Assembly (NCBI GenBank): GCA_001724265.1
Contig: MEDY01000037.1
Coordinates: forward strand, 62,001-117,979
DNA from: Rhizaria sp. SCN 62-66
Taxonomy: Eukaryota
DNA length: 55,979 nucleotides
Reading direction: 5' to 3'
Below the pieces are notes generated by a model, which saw only the letters and a program-made list of their open reading frames with translations, ran no database searches and was not told where the DNA came from. Shown piece after piece: positions 25,701-36,668 of the stretch. A program made the translations under genes and the position numbers. Each line of letters begins with the position of its first letter. Within the stretch, counting starts at the first letter, position 1.

Positions 25701-28700
25701 GTAGTGCGACAGCAGCTCTGTCGGTGAGGCGACCGCAAAGTCGGAGCATGCCGCGAGGGGCGTTGGTGAGCAGCTAGTGAGCATCTTCGAGGCGCGCTTG
25801 ACTGGCGACGCGAAGAGCAGCGACAAGATGCGCGACGAGTCCTCAAGCCCAGGCGCCGCAGTGGACGTGCCACCCACCGGCCAGGTGTGGGCAAAGTAAC
25901 GGAGTGAAGGCGGGAGCGTGATTTGAGCAGCGATCATGAGACGCGCGTCGGTGAAAATCGCCGTGTTCGCAGCCAGAACAGGCGCCAGCGCAGCAACTGC
26001 GGCAGTGAAGGCTGATCCACTGAGCGAGGGCGCACGGCCGTGCAACAGCGCAGCAGCTGCAACAGAAGCGGCCGGCGACGCCAGGTGGAAGCGTCCCACC
26101 GCCGCAGCGGCAGTCATCGCGGGCATCACAAGCAGAGCCATGCGCTGCGCGCGCTGCTCGCCGCCCGCAGCCGTCGCCGCGGCAGCAAAGGCAGCCTCGC
26201 GGTGCGCATGCAGCAGCGCCTGCTGGCCGCGCCGCAGCTGGTTCTGGTGCTGCTGCATGCGGCGCAGCTGCGTCCACGCGGCGTCGGCGCTGGGACCCGT
26301 GTGGCCCCACGCAGCGGCCGCGGCGTCGCCGGCAGTCAGCGGCATGACGAGCCCGTCGCCCGCGTCGGCGTCCCCGGCGCACTGCGGGCGCCCGCCGTCG
26401 GCCAGCGCGGGGAACGCAACGGAGAAGCACTGCATCAGAGGCTCAGCGGGCGGCGCGTCCAGCGGACGACTGGCGTTGCGCCGCAGGTCGATCGCAGCGG
26501 CAGTCGCGGTCGCCGCTTCCGCCGTTTGCGCGGCCGCGAGCAGCAGCAGCGCGGGGGCCAGCGCGCCAGCTCCGGGCCGGCCCGCGCTGGACGACGCGGC
26601 CACCGAGGCTGCAGCGCCCGCGGGGGCGGTCGTAGACGAAAGGAAGGCGGCGCTGGGTGACGAGTGCGCGCGCGCTGCGCGGGTGATGAGCGCGGCAGCG
26701 TGCGCCGACAGCGCGTTCAGACCAGGAACGTACGCGGTCTGCAGTGTCGGCGACGTCGCCAGCAGTGCGGGAGGTGGCGGCGGCGGTGCCTGGCACGCAG
26801 CAGGAGAAAATCGGTCACCGTGAAAGGTGCGCACACGGCCTGACTTCGCAGCGGACGCGCACGATCGTTGAGGCAGCACTGTGGGCCGCTGAAGCACCAT
26901 CGAGGCCAGGTGGGGCGCAGTCGTCGCGATTGCAGCTGCGGCGGCACGCGCGGATGCGAGAGTGCGCACGGCATCGCGCGACACAACGACCGCGGACGAC
27001 GCACCAGCGGGCGCGGTCGCAGTAGAGGCGAAGGAGCCTGCGGGCGGAAACGCGCGCGTTGCCTCTGGCAGCGCGCAAGCTAAGTCGGCCACAGGCGCGT
27101 TGGTCGCAGCCAAGTAGTGGCTATGCGCGGCAGCAGCAGCGGCAGCAAGAGGCGCATGCGTGATAGGCAGCGGCAGCATCGCGTCACCAGCACCGGCGGC
27201 GCGCCCAGCGGCGAGCAGAGCGGGCAGCGGCAGCGAGGGAAGCGCGCGGTGCAGCGGTGCAGTGGCGGCATTCGACGAGTAATACAACCGCTGCTGCGGT
27301 GCAGAGCTGTGCGCGGACGAAGAGCTCGTCGTGGTTGTTGAGAAAACGGCTGAGCTGCTGCCGTAGCCGTCGGCGTGGTTGTCGACGGCCGAGTCGTTGT
27401 CGGCGTCGTCATCAATCGCGGCGTCATCCAACGCGCGCGCACGCTTTGCGGCCGTCGCCGCGGCGGCAGCGGCATCAGCCGCAGTCACCGCGGCGCCAGC
27501 CATCGCGGCGACAACGAGTGCGACAGATTCGGAGCTAATGCCCACGCCCTGCGGAGCGAGCAGCTCGCCGGCCTTTCGGCCGCCAGTAGAGGGAAAGGCG
27601 CCCGCGCCCGCGGCAGAGAGAGCGGCGGCAGTCATCGCGGCGGCGTCGCCCAGCGCGAGCGAGTGCAGCCCCGGCATGTCGGATGAGCCCCACGCGAGCG
27701 GGTCCTCGCCCGACTCGGCCGCGGCGGCGTCGACCGCGGAGTCCGCATCAGCCGCGCCCAGCGCCTGCGACGGCGGCCGCACGACGCCCAGCGTGAGCGC
27801 CAGCGACAGCGGCGGCGTGCGCCACACGGCGCTCATCGCAGGCGCCGAGGCCGCACCGGCCACGCCGTACACGGGGACGGGCCGCGTGTGCGCGTACGGG
27901 TCGCCCACAGCGAAGCGCGCCAGAGTTGCGGCCGTGTCGAGCTGCGGCGCGAGCGGCAAGAACAGCGCCGCGGCGTGGCCCTGCGTTGCGGAGATAGGGT
28001 TGGCCGCGCTCGTGGGGATAGGCGAGCTGGCGGAGCTGCTAGAAGTGAAGCCAAGCGTGGCCGCAATCTGGGCGCCTGTGCCTGCGACGCTTGATGTGGC
28101 CGCAGAGGCAGCCTTCTGCAGGAAGGAGGCAACGGTAGTAGCAGCAGCGGCGGACGAGGTTGAGAGCGCGAGGAGGGACGACGGCACCGCGTTGTCGCCT
28201 GAATCTCTCCCAGTGCCGCCGTTGTGCGCGCCGCCCGCAGCAGAAACGGAGTTCGACCACACAGATGAGGCCGCGGCGGCGGCAGGGAAAAGCGCAGGCG
28301 CAATGATGTCAAGATAGGTCTTCGACGCGCCGCCGGTGGTCGCGTAGCCGAGACCAGAGGGCGGTGACAGCGCCGACACAAGAGTGGGAATGGGCTGGTG
28401 CATCCACATGCTCGTCACGGCAGCTGCCGCGTTCGCGTCTTCGTCGTCGCCGCCTCGTTCGTCCTCATCGCGGAAAAATCCCGCGAGCCCGTGTGCAACG
28501 CCGGCGCTGGGGGGCAGTCCGCGACTGAGCCCGAGCGTGTCGCGCACCACAGCGCGTAGGGCCGCAGTCGAGGTGAGCGACACGCCTGCGCACGCGCCCA
28601 CGCCGCTGGGGGCAAAGCTCGAGCGCGTTGCGTACATCAGCGCCGTGGGCGTGGCCTTCTGCATCGCGGTCGCCGCGCTGATCGCAACGGCGGCGGCGTC

Positions 28701-31700
28701 GGCGGCCACAGAGTCCGCCGGGTCTGGCAGCCACAGCGGCGCCACGGCCGAGGTAATCGCCGCGCTCTGCAGCGTCGCCGTCAACCTTTCGGGCCGAGGC
28801 ACTGCCGCGGCACCGCGGCGACCCGGCAGCGCCGAGGTTGCGAGGAGCAGCGGCACGCCCGTGGCGGCTGATAGCGGCGCAACCGTAGCGGCCAGCATCG
28901 CCTCGCGGTTGCGCGCGCGCTCCACGCTGTCGGCATCGCTCGTCGGCGTCAGCGCCGGAACCGAAGTGGGGAGCGTGCGCACGAGCGCGATGCGCGCGCA
29001 CGCAACGCCGACGGGCGTGAGCCCCACGAGCGACAGCGTGGAGCCAGCAGTGGCGGCAACGTCGATGAGCGCGGGAGCAGTCGGCACGTAGTACGGCGAC
29101 GGCGCCAGCGGATTCAAATGGCGGCCGCCCCAGCAGTCGGCAGCGGTGGCCGCAGCGGCGGCAGCAGCTGCAGCCGCGGGCGTGGGCACAGGCGCGTTGA
29201 TAGCGCGCGAGAGCAGCGCAGTGACAGCTGTCGCCAGCCCCGCAGGCGTGGGATCGTAGTGCGCGGGCGGCGTGTTGTCGTAGTGTTGACTGCCCATTGT
29301 GTCTGAAGTCGCTGATGCAGCTGCCAGCGCCGCCGCAGTAAATGCCGTCAGCGCACCAGGCCCCGTTGTCGACGCTGCAGCGGCCGCAGCAAGCTGGTGC
29401 GCTTGCGCCAGCGAGTTCGCCGCGGCGGGATCGAGGCACAGCACTGGGTTCGCGCGCAACAGCACCTTCGTCATATGACTGCTGTTGTTGCTTTCACGCA
29501 CCGTGAGAGAAGCGCGCTTGCCCGCAGCGGCGGTCGCCCACTGTTCCTCCCATGCGGTAACGGCAGCCGCGGGCGCGTCGCGCAGGTGACTATGCGCAAG
29601 CCGCTGCAACGCGTAGAACGGGATGACAGTCAGCTCAGACAACGCAGCACCGGTGGGGCCAAAGCCCGCGTGCACGGAGTCGGAGGAGAAAGTGAGCAGA
29701 GGCTGCGGCGCAGCGTTACCTTGCATCGAACCAGCGGGGCCGGCGGCAGCTGCCGCAGCGGCGACGTCCTGCGCGTCGCGAACAGTCGACGCAAGGCCGC
29801 CAATGACCTTGGCCGCGGCGGCAGCGGGGATCGTGACCTCAAGGTCAAGCCGCATGCCCGACACCGGCACGCCGACAGCGTGCGCGCCTGCGGGCAGAGG
29901 CACGAGCCCAGCGACTGAAACATACTCCTTGCCCATCTGCGTCGCCCCAGCGCCGGCGTGGGCCGAAGCAAGCTGCGCGTGCGCACCGTCGAAATGGTCC
30001 TGCTGCATCTGGCCCTGCGGCTGCTGCGACAGCAGCGTCTCGTGGGGGTGCGGGAAGTTGTCCAGCCCAGCGGTGGGCGCGGTCCGCCGCAGCGTGGGTG
30101 CGCCGCCGGGCGCCCCGGCAACCAGAAGTGCGTCGCCCGACATTCCCGCAAAGCGGCGCGCCGCGCTCTGCACGGCTGTCGCTGAGGGCGGAGTCGCGGC
30201 TGAGGCCATGATGGTCGTGCCGGCGGCCGCGTCAGCGTCGGCCAAGGCGACTGCCTCGCGCCAGAGACTGCCGCCGGCAACGGCGCCGGTGCCCGCGTCG
30301 TAAACCATCGCAGGGGCGGCTGGGGGCGCCTGCACGCGCTGGCACGCGTCAAAGCGCAGCTCCGCCGCCGGCGCGGCCGAGAGTACTGCTGCGGCGGCGC
30401 CGGGGACTGTGCGGTGCGTGTGCAGCCCGACGACTGTGGTGGGCGGCGGCGCGGTGGCGCCCGCAAAGGTGAGCGTGACGCCGCTGAGCTCCACCACGAC
30501 TGACTGCGACGGAGGCATCGACACGCCCGGGGGCAGCCTGCGTGCAGGCCCCTTGGCCGCGTCCACCGGCGCCGAGTCGGGCTCAAAAGCCAGTGCGTGG
30601 TGCGGCGGCAGACGGAAGGCGCCGATGCCCGTCGGCATCGCGGTCGAGACTTCAACGCGCCGTGCACTGCGCTTGCCCGCGGCAGCGGCGCCAACACGCG
30701 GCGCAACCAGCGGCAGCGCGGCCGGAGCCACGGGAGCTACGCGTTCTGTCACTGTCACCGCTTTACCCTTGCCCTTCTTGCCACTACTCGAGTCGCTCGC
30801 TACAGTCACAGATTTGACGTGACAGGAGGAGTCCTTGGAGCCGTTCGCAGCGACGGGCGAGTGCGTGATCGTGAGGAACCCCTCGCCGGCGGCGGGAGCG
30901 TCGGGCGCGGCGCTAATGTCAACGCCGAGCCCTGTGACGGGCGGCGGCGCAAAGCCCAGCGCGGCGACAGGGCCGAGCGGTCCGAGATACGCCTTGGTCG
31001 TGCGCTCATATGCAACTTGCTTGCGCGAGTACAGCGCCAGCCCGCCGCCGCCGTTGCCACTGCTGCCGGCGCCCGCAGCTGCCGCAGCCGCCGCGGCTGC
31101 TGCTGCGCCGCCCTGCGAGCCCGTCGAGGCGTGCGCAGCTGAGGCTGAGGCGGCCGCAACAGCAACGGACACGCCGCCGCGCGCGTCAAACTGCGCAGAG
31201 GCGGGACCCATCGGTGTTACAACAACGGCGTCGCCCGAGTCGCCGGTCGCGGCGCTCAGCGCGCCCGCAGCGTGCATCGGCGCAAGCGTCGAGTCGCAGC
31301 CGCCGTCGACCTCGACGGCCGCGCTGTAGCTGAACCCACCCGTGAAGGCGGCGCCGCCCATAGCTGCAGCCGCCAGCGGTGCGGCCGTTGAAGGCGCGGA
31401 CGTGATGACGGTCACGGCCTTGCCCGTCGCATTGGGCGCCAGCACGTCGTCGAAACGCGTCACCAACAATGTGCCGCTCTCCGCCAGTCGGTTCGCGCGC
31501 AGCAGCGAGCCCGCCGTGGGCGCCGGCAGCGGGGGTGCGCGCACGAGTGCGCTGACGCGCGCCGCGGCCTCCGCGGGCCCCGGCAGCGAGGCCACGGAGC
31601 GCGGCGCAAGACCCATGACGAGCGGCACAAACGGAAGGCGCAGCTCCGAGGCCGCGAGCGGGAGCGTGTACCACGAGTCGTCGTCATAGACGGGCGCGCC

Positions 31701-34700
31701 CAGCTCCCAGCCCGCTTCACGCGCGCCCACGCGTTCGGCCGCGGGCAGCGAGTGGTGGCACGTGAGGTCTGTCGCCAGCTCCCACACCGCGGGCGTCGTC
31801 AGGAACAGCCATGTGACCGTGGGCGTCACCGCCACCGCCGCTGAGGGGCCCAGCGCACCCGCGTTCGTCGCTGGCACAAGCGCCAGCGCGGGCGCCGTGG
31901 CCGCGGCCGTTGCCAGCGCCGCCTCGACCTCGTCCTCAGTCGCCAACGCGGCTGCGGAGCTCGGCTCGACAATCTCCAGCGTGCCAGGGTTCGCGCCAGC
32001 GCCGACCATGCTCAGCGTCACGGACGACGACGACGCCGGCGCCGTGGGCGCACCGGAGGGCGGACTCAGCTGCGCGAGCGCTCTGCTGCCCGCGCTGGCT
32101 CCGGACTCACGGCGCATGCGCGCGGAGGGACTGTCGCTGAGCGAGCCCATCGCCGCAACAACGGGCGAGCCGTTGAGGGTGGAGTCCGCGCGGCTGAGCA
32201 GAGAGCGGCGCCGGCCAGCGGGCGACCACAGCGCGGCGTTTTCAGCAGCCGCAGTGACTGCGGCAGCAACAACTGCGGCTGCAGCAGCGGCGAGACGGCC
32301 GCCAAGCGGGAGCGCAAAGCCGACCTGCGTGTGGCCAGCGTAGGGAGTGGGCACGCACGCGCCCAAGTAGAGGTTCATGCTATCCTGCTTCTCGCGGTCC
32401 TGAAACGAGTTCTGGTAGTGGCGCACAAGCGACACGTACAGCTCCTTGGGCTTGGACATGGACTGCTGCGCCTGGGAGCGGTACAGCACAGGCGCCATCG
32501 TGACCGTCTTCTTGCCGTCGCGCTTCATCTGGCGGTGCATCTGCGAGCCACCGTACTGGAGGGCGATGGCGTCGCCGAGCCGCTCGTAGAGGCCCAGGAA
32601 CGCGAGCAGCATGTCGCCGCCGTCGTCGGTCGGGTGCAGCGACGTGGCCAGGCCCAGCGCGGCGAGCTGCATGCTCAGTGCGCACTTGCCGACGCAGAAC
32701 TGCGACACGTTGGTGCGGTCCAGCGAGTCGATGCAGTTGGAGCGGATGATGCCGCGCTGCACGAAGCCGACGTCGGTGCGTCCGCCCGCCCGGGCCGCGG
32801 CGCGCGCAAGCGTGCCCGCGTCAGGCGTGATGCCCGCCGTGGCCGCGGGCGTGGGCTGCGCGAGCACGGCCGCCGCAGAGGGGTGCGAGTGGAAGAAGCC
32901 AGTGGTGAGCAGCGACCACTGCGAGATGAGCGCCAGCTCGTCCATCACGCTCACGTCGGCCGAGCGCACGACCTGCTTGTAGTCAAGCCGCAGGTAGCGC
33001 AGCGCAAGCGGCGGCGGCAAATTCGCGTTGACGGTCTCGACGGCGTCGGCGAAGAGGTCGCCCAGCACGCCCTCGCGCGGCCGCCGCTCATTCTGCTTGA
33101 TCAGGTTCAGCGCCATCACGGGCGCGCCGTAGCGCGCAAAGAGCCCGGAGACGGTGCGGCGCGTGGGCACAGCCACAGGGTCGACGGAGCGCACCGTGAC
33201 GTCGGGCTTGGCCACAATCGCGTTGGCTTCCTGCGTCCATAGCAGCGGAATCGACGCGCGCAGCTGCACGTGCGACGTGAACTGGCCCTCGGTCGGGTGG
33301 CCGCCCTCGCGCGTCCACAACACCTGCTCCACCTCGACCTCGTTCGCCGTGTCACCGAGGTCGTTGGAGCCGCGCTTCTTGTAGCGCGTGCCCGCAAAGC
33401 GCGCCGAGCGCCGCGCCACGAGCAGACACGTCACGGTGCGTCCGCGCACGGAGAAAGTGAGCTGCTCGACGAAGCCGTGCAGAAGAGGCGTGAACCACCG
33501 CTGCAGCGCTGCGTCCGCGCGGAAACCGCAGCGGCACGCGCACGACACGCCCGTGTACGTGCAAACGCACGGACACTGGCCCAGCGCGCAGGGCGAGCCC
33601 GCGAGTGGCGCGGGCACGTCGCCGTCGTCGCGCGGCGCGGCCCGCGGCGCCGGCGCGGGTTGGCCGAGGTCGCGCGCGACGAGTGCGTCGAGCGCGCGCT
33701 CCCACTGCAGCAGGCTCCAGAGCCCGTCGCCGCAGCCGTCCGCGTCGCAGGCGCCGGCACTCTCGCCGTCGCCGGTGCAGCAGTCTGGCGCGAGCGGCGG
33801 GAGCCCCACGAGCGCGCGCGCGGCTTCGAGCGCGTCCGCGCCCGCGGTCGCGACGGCGCGGTCGCCGTGCACCCACGGCCGCGCGCGCATCGGCCCGCGC
33901 GCGTGCGAAGGAGACAGCCGCACGATCGGCGCGGCCGCCGTGCCGGGCGTCGCGAACGCGCCCGCGTCGGCCACCACGCCGCAGCCCGCACTGCTACTGC
34001 GACAGCGCGCGGCAGAGAGAGCGCCGGCCGCGGTAGCAGCGTTGCGCGCGGAGGCCACGCGGTGCGCGGCGCGCAGCAGGCCCCAGGCGTCAAGGCGCGC
34101 GCCGGTGATGCCGCTGCCGGCGACCGCGGCGGCAACGGCGGCGGCGGGCAGCGGCGGCGCGACGCCATAGTCGGAGCCGCTGCCGTAGCCGAAGGCGCTG
34201 GGCGGCAGCGGCGGCAGGTTCGCAGCTGCGCGCGCGGCGGCGTCGTCAGAGTCTGCGGCAAACGACGCCGCGGGCTCATTCTCCGCGGCGGCAAGCGTCG
34301 CGGGCAGGAAGAGCGCGGACGCCACGCCCAGGTCGTCGATGTGCCGCGACAGCCGCTGCGCCAACGCCCACGCGCGCCGCGCGCCCGCGCAAGGACACCC
34401 GCCCAGCGCGCGCGCAGCGATCGCGTCCGCGGGCCGCGCAGAGTCGCTGTCGTGTGCGGCAGCGCCGCAGCACGCGCCACCGGAGCAGTCTTTGCGCGCG
34501 CTAGCGCCCGAGTTCGAGCTTTCGCTTTCGTGACCATGAGCGTCCGCGTCTGCCGCAGCAGGAGGCGCGGGCCCCGCGGGGTGCGGGTAAACCCAGTCTG
34601 CGTGCTTATCAGCATTCGTGACATTGGCGTCGGCGGCGTCAGACGGGAGGTGCGCGGCGGCGGCGCGCAGCAGGTGCGCGTTCCACACGAATGTCATCTG

Positions 34701-34977
34701 CGGCCGCATCGCAACGTACGCACACTCCGCACTGGCACTGGCAATAGCGTTGGTAGAAGTGCTGGCGGTGCGCGTGCGCGCCTGCTGCTCGGTGGAGTGC
34801 GCCACGACAGTCTGCAGCGCCTGCGAGAGAGGGTACGTGTAGCTCCAGTATCCCCAGGAGCGCTCCAGGTCCGAGCCCGCGACGGCCGCTAGACAGCGCG
34901 ACTCGAGCGCCTGCAGCGCCGCGGGGCGGAACACCGGCGGCGCACGCGGCCGCGCGCTCTCTTCTTCGCCGCCGCTG

Positions 34978-35019
<42 letters not shown>

Positions 35020-36035
35020 GTGTCAGCGGCGGTGGCGGTGGCAGAGGCAGGGGTAGAAGCAGTGGTAGCGGCGCTGCCGACCGGGGGCGCGCCAGCGACG
35101 GCGGCGGACGCAGTGCCGGGTGGCGTCACAGTGGGGACTCCAGCGTAGCCGCTGGAGGCGTTCGCCAGCTTGGGCGAGGAGTTCGCAGCGGACGCCGGAG
35201 TCGCAGTCATTGCCGCTGTCGCCGCCGGCGTTGCTCCCGAGGCGGCCACCGCGGCCGCAGGCGCGGTTGTGGCGGGGACGGGCACGTGCAGGGGCGCGAG
35301 CGCAGGCGGCGGCGGCGCGAGGAGCTGGTCCGTCACGGCCGCGGGGCTCCACAGCTCGACGAAGGCTGTTTGCGAGGCGCGCCACAGCTCATGCTGGCCG
35401 CCGACCATCGCCACGGCGCGCCCCGCGGTCACGATGTGCAGGTAGTAGCCGTAGTAGAAGCGCACAAAACCCAGCAGCGCAACACCCTCGGCCGCCAGCG
35501 TCGCCCCGCCGCGCGCGCGCCGCCAGACTTGCAGCAGCGCCTCGGCCTCGGCTGCGGAGTAAACTGCGGGGTCTTGAGTGAGGGGCAGCGCGTCGAGCCG
35601 CGCGGGGAAGCGCCCCACGCGCAGCACGCGGTGTGCCGTGCGTGCGGCGTTAGCGCCGACGATGTAGACCGTCGCCTCGGTCGTGTACACGCTGAAGCGC
35701 ACCAGCGGGTCCGTCGCCGCGCCCGGCGCGGGGAACGGCGGCAGCAGATAGCCCTCAGTCGGCTGCGTCAGGCGCTGCAGCGGGGAGAAGAACGAGGGCT
35801 TCGGCTCAAACACCGAGGATCGCGACGCCGTGGTGCGGTCCAGGAAGCGCTGCAGCGCGGGAGTCGTCGCCGCCGCGGTCGCTGGCGAGGCCGAGGCGGC
35901 CGACGCGGTCGGCGTCGCCGCGGGCATTGGCCCGCGGGCGAGGCTCTCCGGCGCGGCGACATGCGCCTCAGAGCTTTGAGACACAGCAGAGTGCAGGCGT
36001 GCCGGAGACGGCAGGCTGTTTAGTGACGCCTGCAT
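19770..36035 (-). CDS. FIG4: FIG4/Sac3-type polyphosphoinositide phosphatase, giant single exon (5,421 aa from ATG 36035 to TAG 19772-19770; ~5,603 aa if read through to TAA 19226-19224)
   Basis: FIG4-type N-terminus FSVYTTEATVYIVGANAARTAHRVLRVGR and LLGFVRFYYGYYLHIVT; FVWNAHLL; WFTPLLHGFVEQ; ARRSARFAGTRYKKRGSNDLGDTANEVEVEQV; FTSHVQLRASIPLLWTQ; CX5RT loop SNCIDSLDRTNVSQF (32735-32712); GDAIALQYGGSQMH; HYQNSFQDREKQDSMNLYLG. The ORF-track start at 36332 is a non-ATG codon in AT-richer DNA. Confidence 0.92.
34981..35010. repeat. (GCA)10 microsatellite encoding poly-Ala in FIG4
   Basis: gcagcagcag cagcagcagc agcagcagca read directly. Confidence 0.9.
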
Positions 36036-36668
36036 GTGGTAAGCAGGCTTAAGCCTTCGAGTAGACCTCGGATGGATGCGTCCGGCACGTTTAGGGAGAG
36101 GTCCTCGTGGGCGACGTCTGCTTTTGGAGAGATCCCGATATGAAGTCCTATACTGCAGAGATACAAAAGTAGAGGTAGTATAGTGTAATAAACTGAATAA
36201 AACCCCCGCATGCGGTGAGTATATGCTGTTAACGGACACTGCGACGCATGATATCCTTCCCGAAGTTGGCCTCCGAGACGTGCCCTGGCCCGCCACAAAA
36301 TCTTGGCCTGACAGCGAGGCTGACTGTGTCAACTCTTCTAAGTCATAGCTCTCAGCATTCTGGCCGTCGTTAGATCTAAGACCTTGTCTGATAGTATTTA
36401 ACTATTGTGAATTATATAATACTATATTCATGTACGCAAATCTTCTTAATGTCATCCTGTGCACTCAGGTTTCTCACATCTCGTTTTCTGCCGTCATCAT
36501 TATTGTGCTTGGCTCCTTCTTTTCGCTTATCCACGAAGGCAGGTGGACGTTCCGCAGCACAGCGTTACTACGGGCTTGAGTTACCCCGTTTAGCATTTGT
36601 GCCCGGGCGTTTTATCCCAGCTTCTGCGTGTCTTTTGGCCTCCGCGTTCTTTATCGCGCGCCAACCAC

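Noticed and set aside
36036-36332. N-terminal 99 codons of the tracked 5,520-aa ORF
   Set aside because: Non-ATG start in AT-richer promoter/UTR DNA; the first ATG is at 36035.
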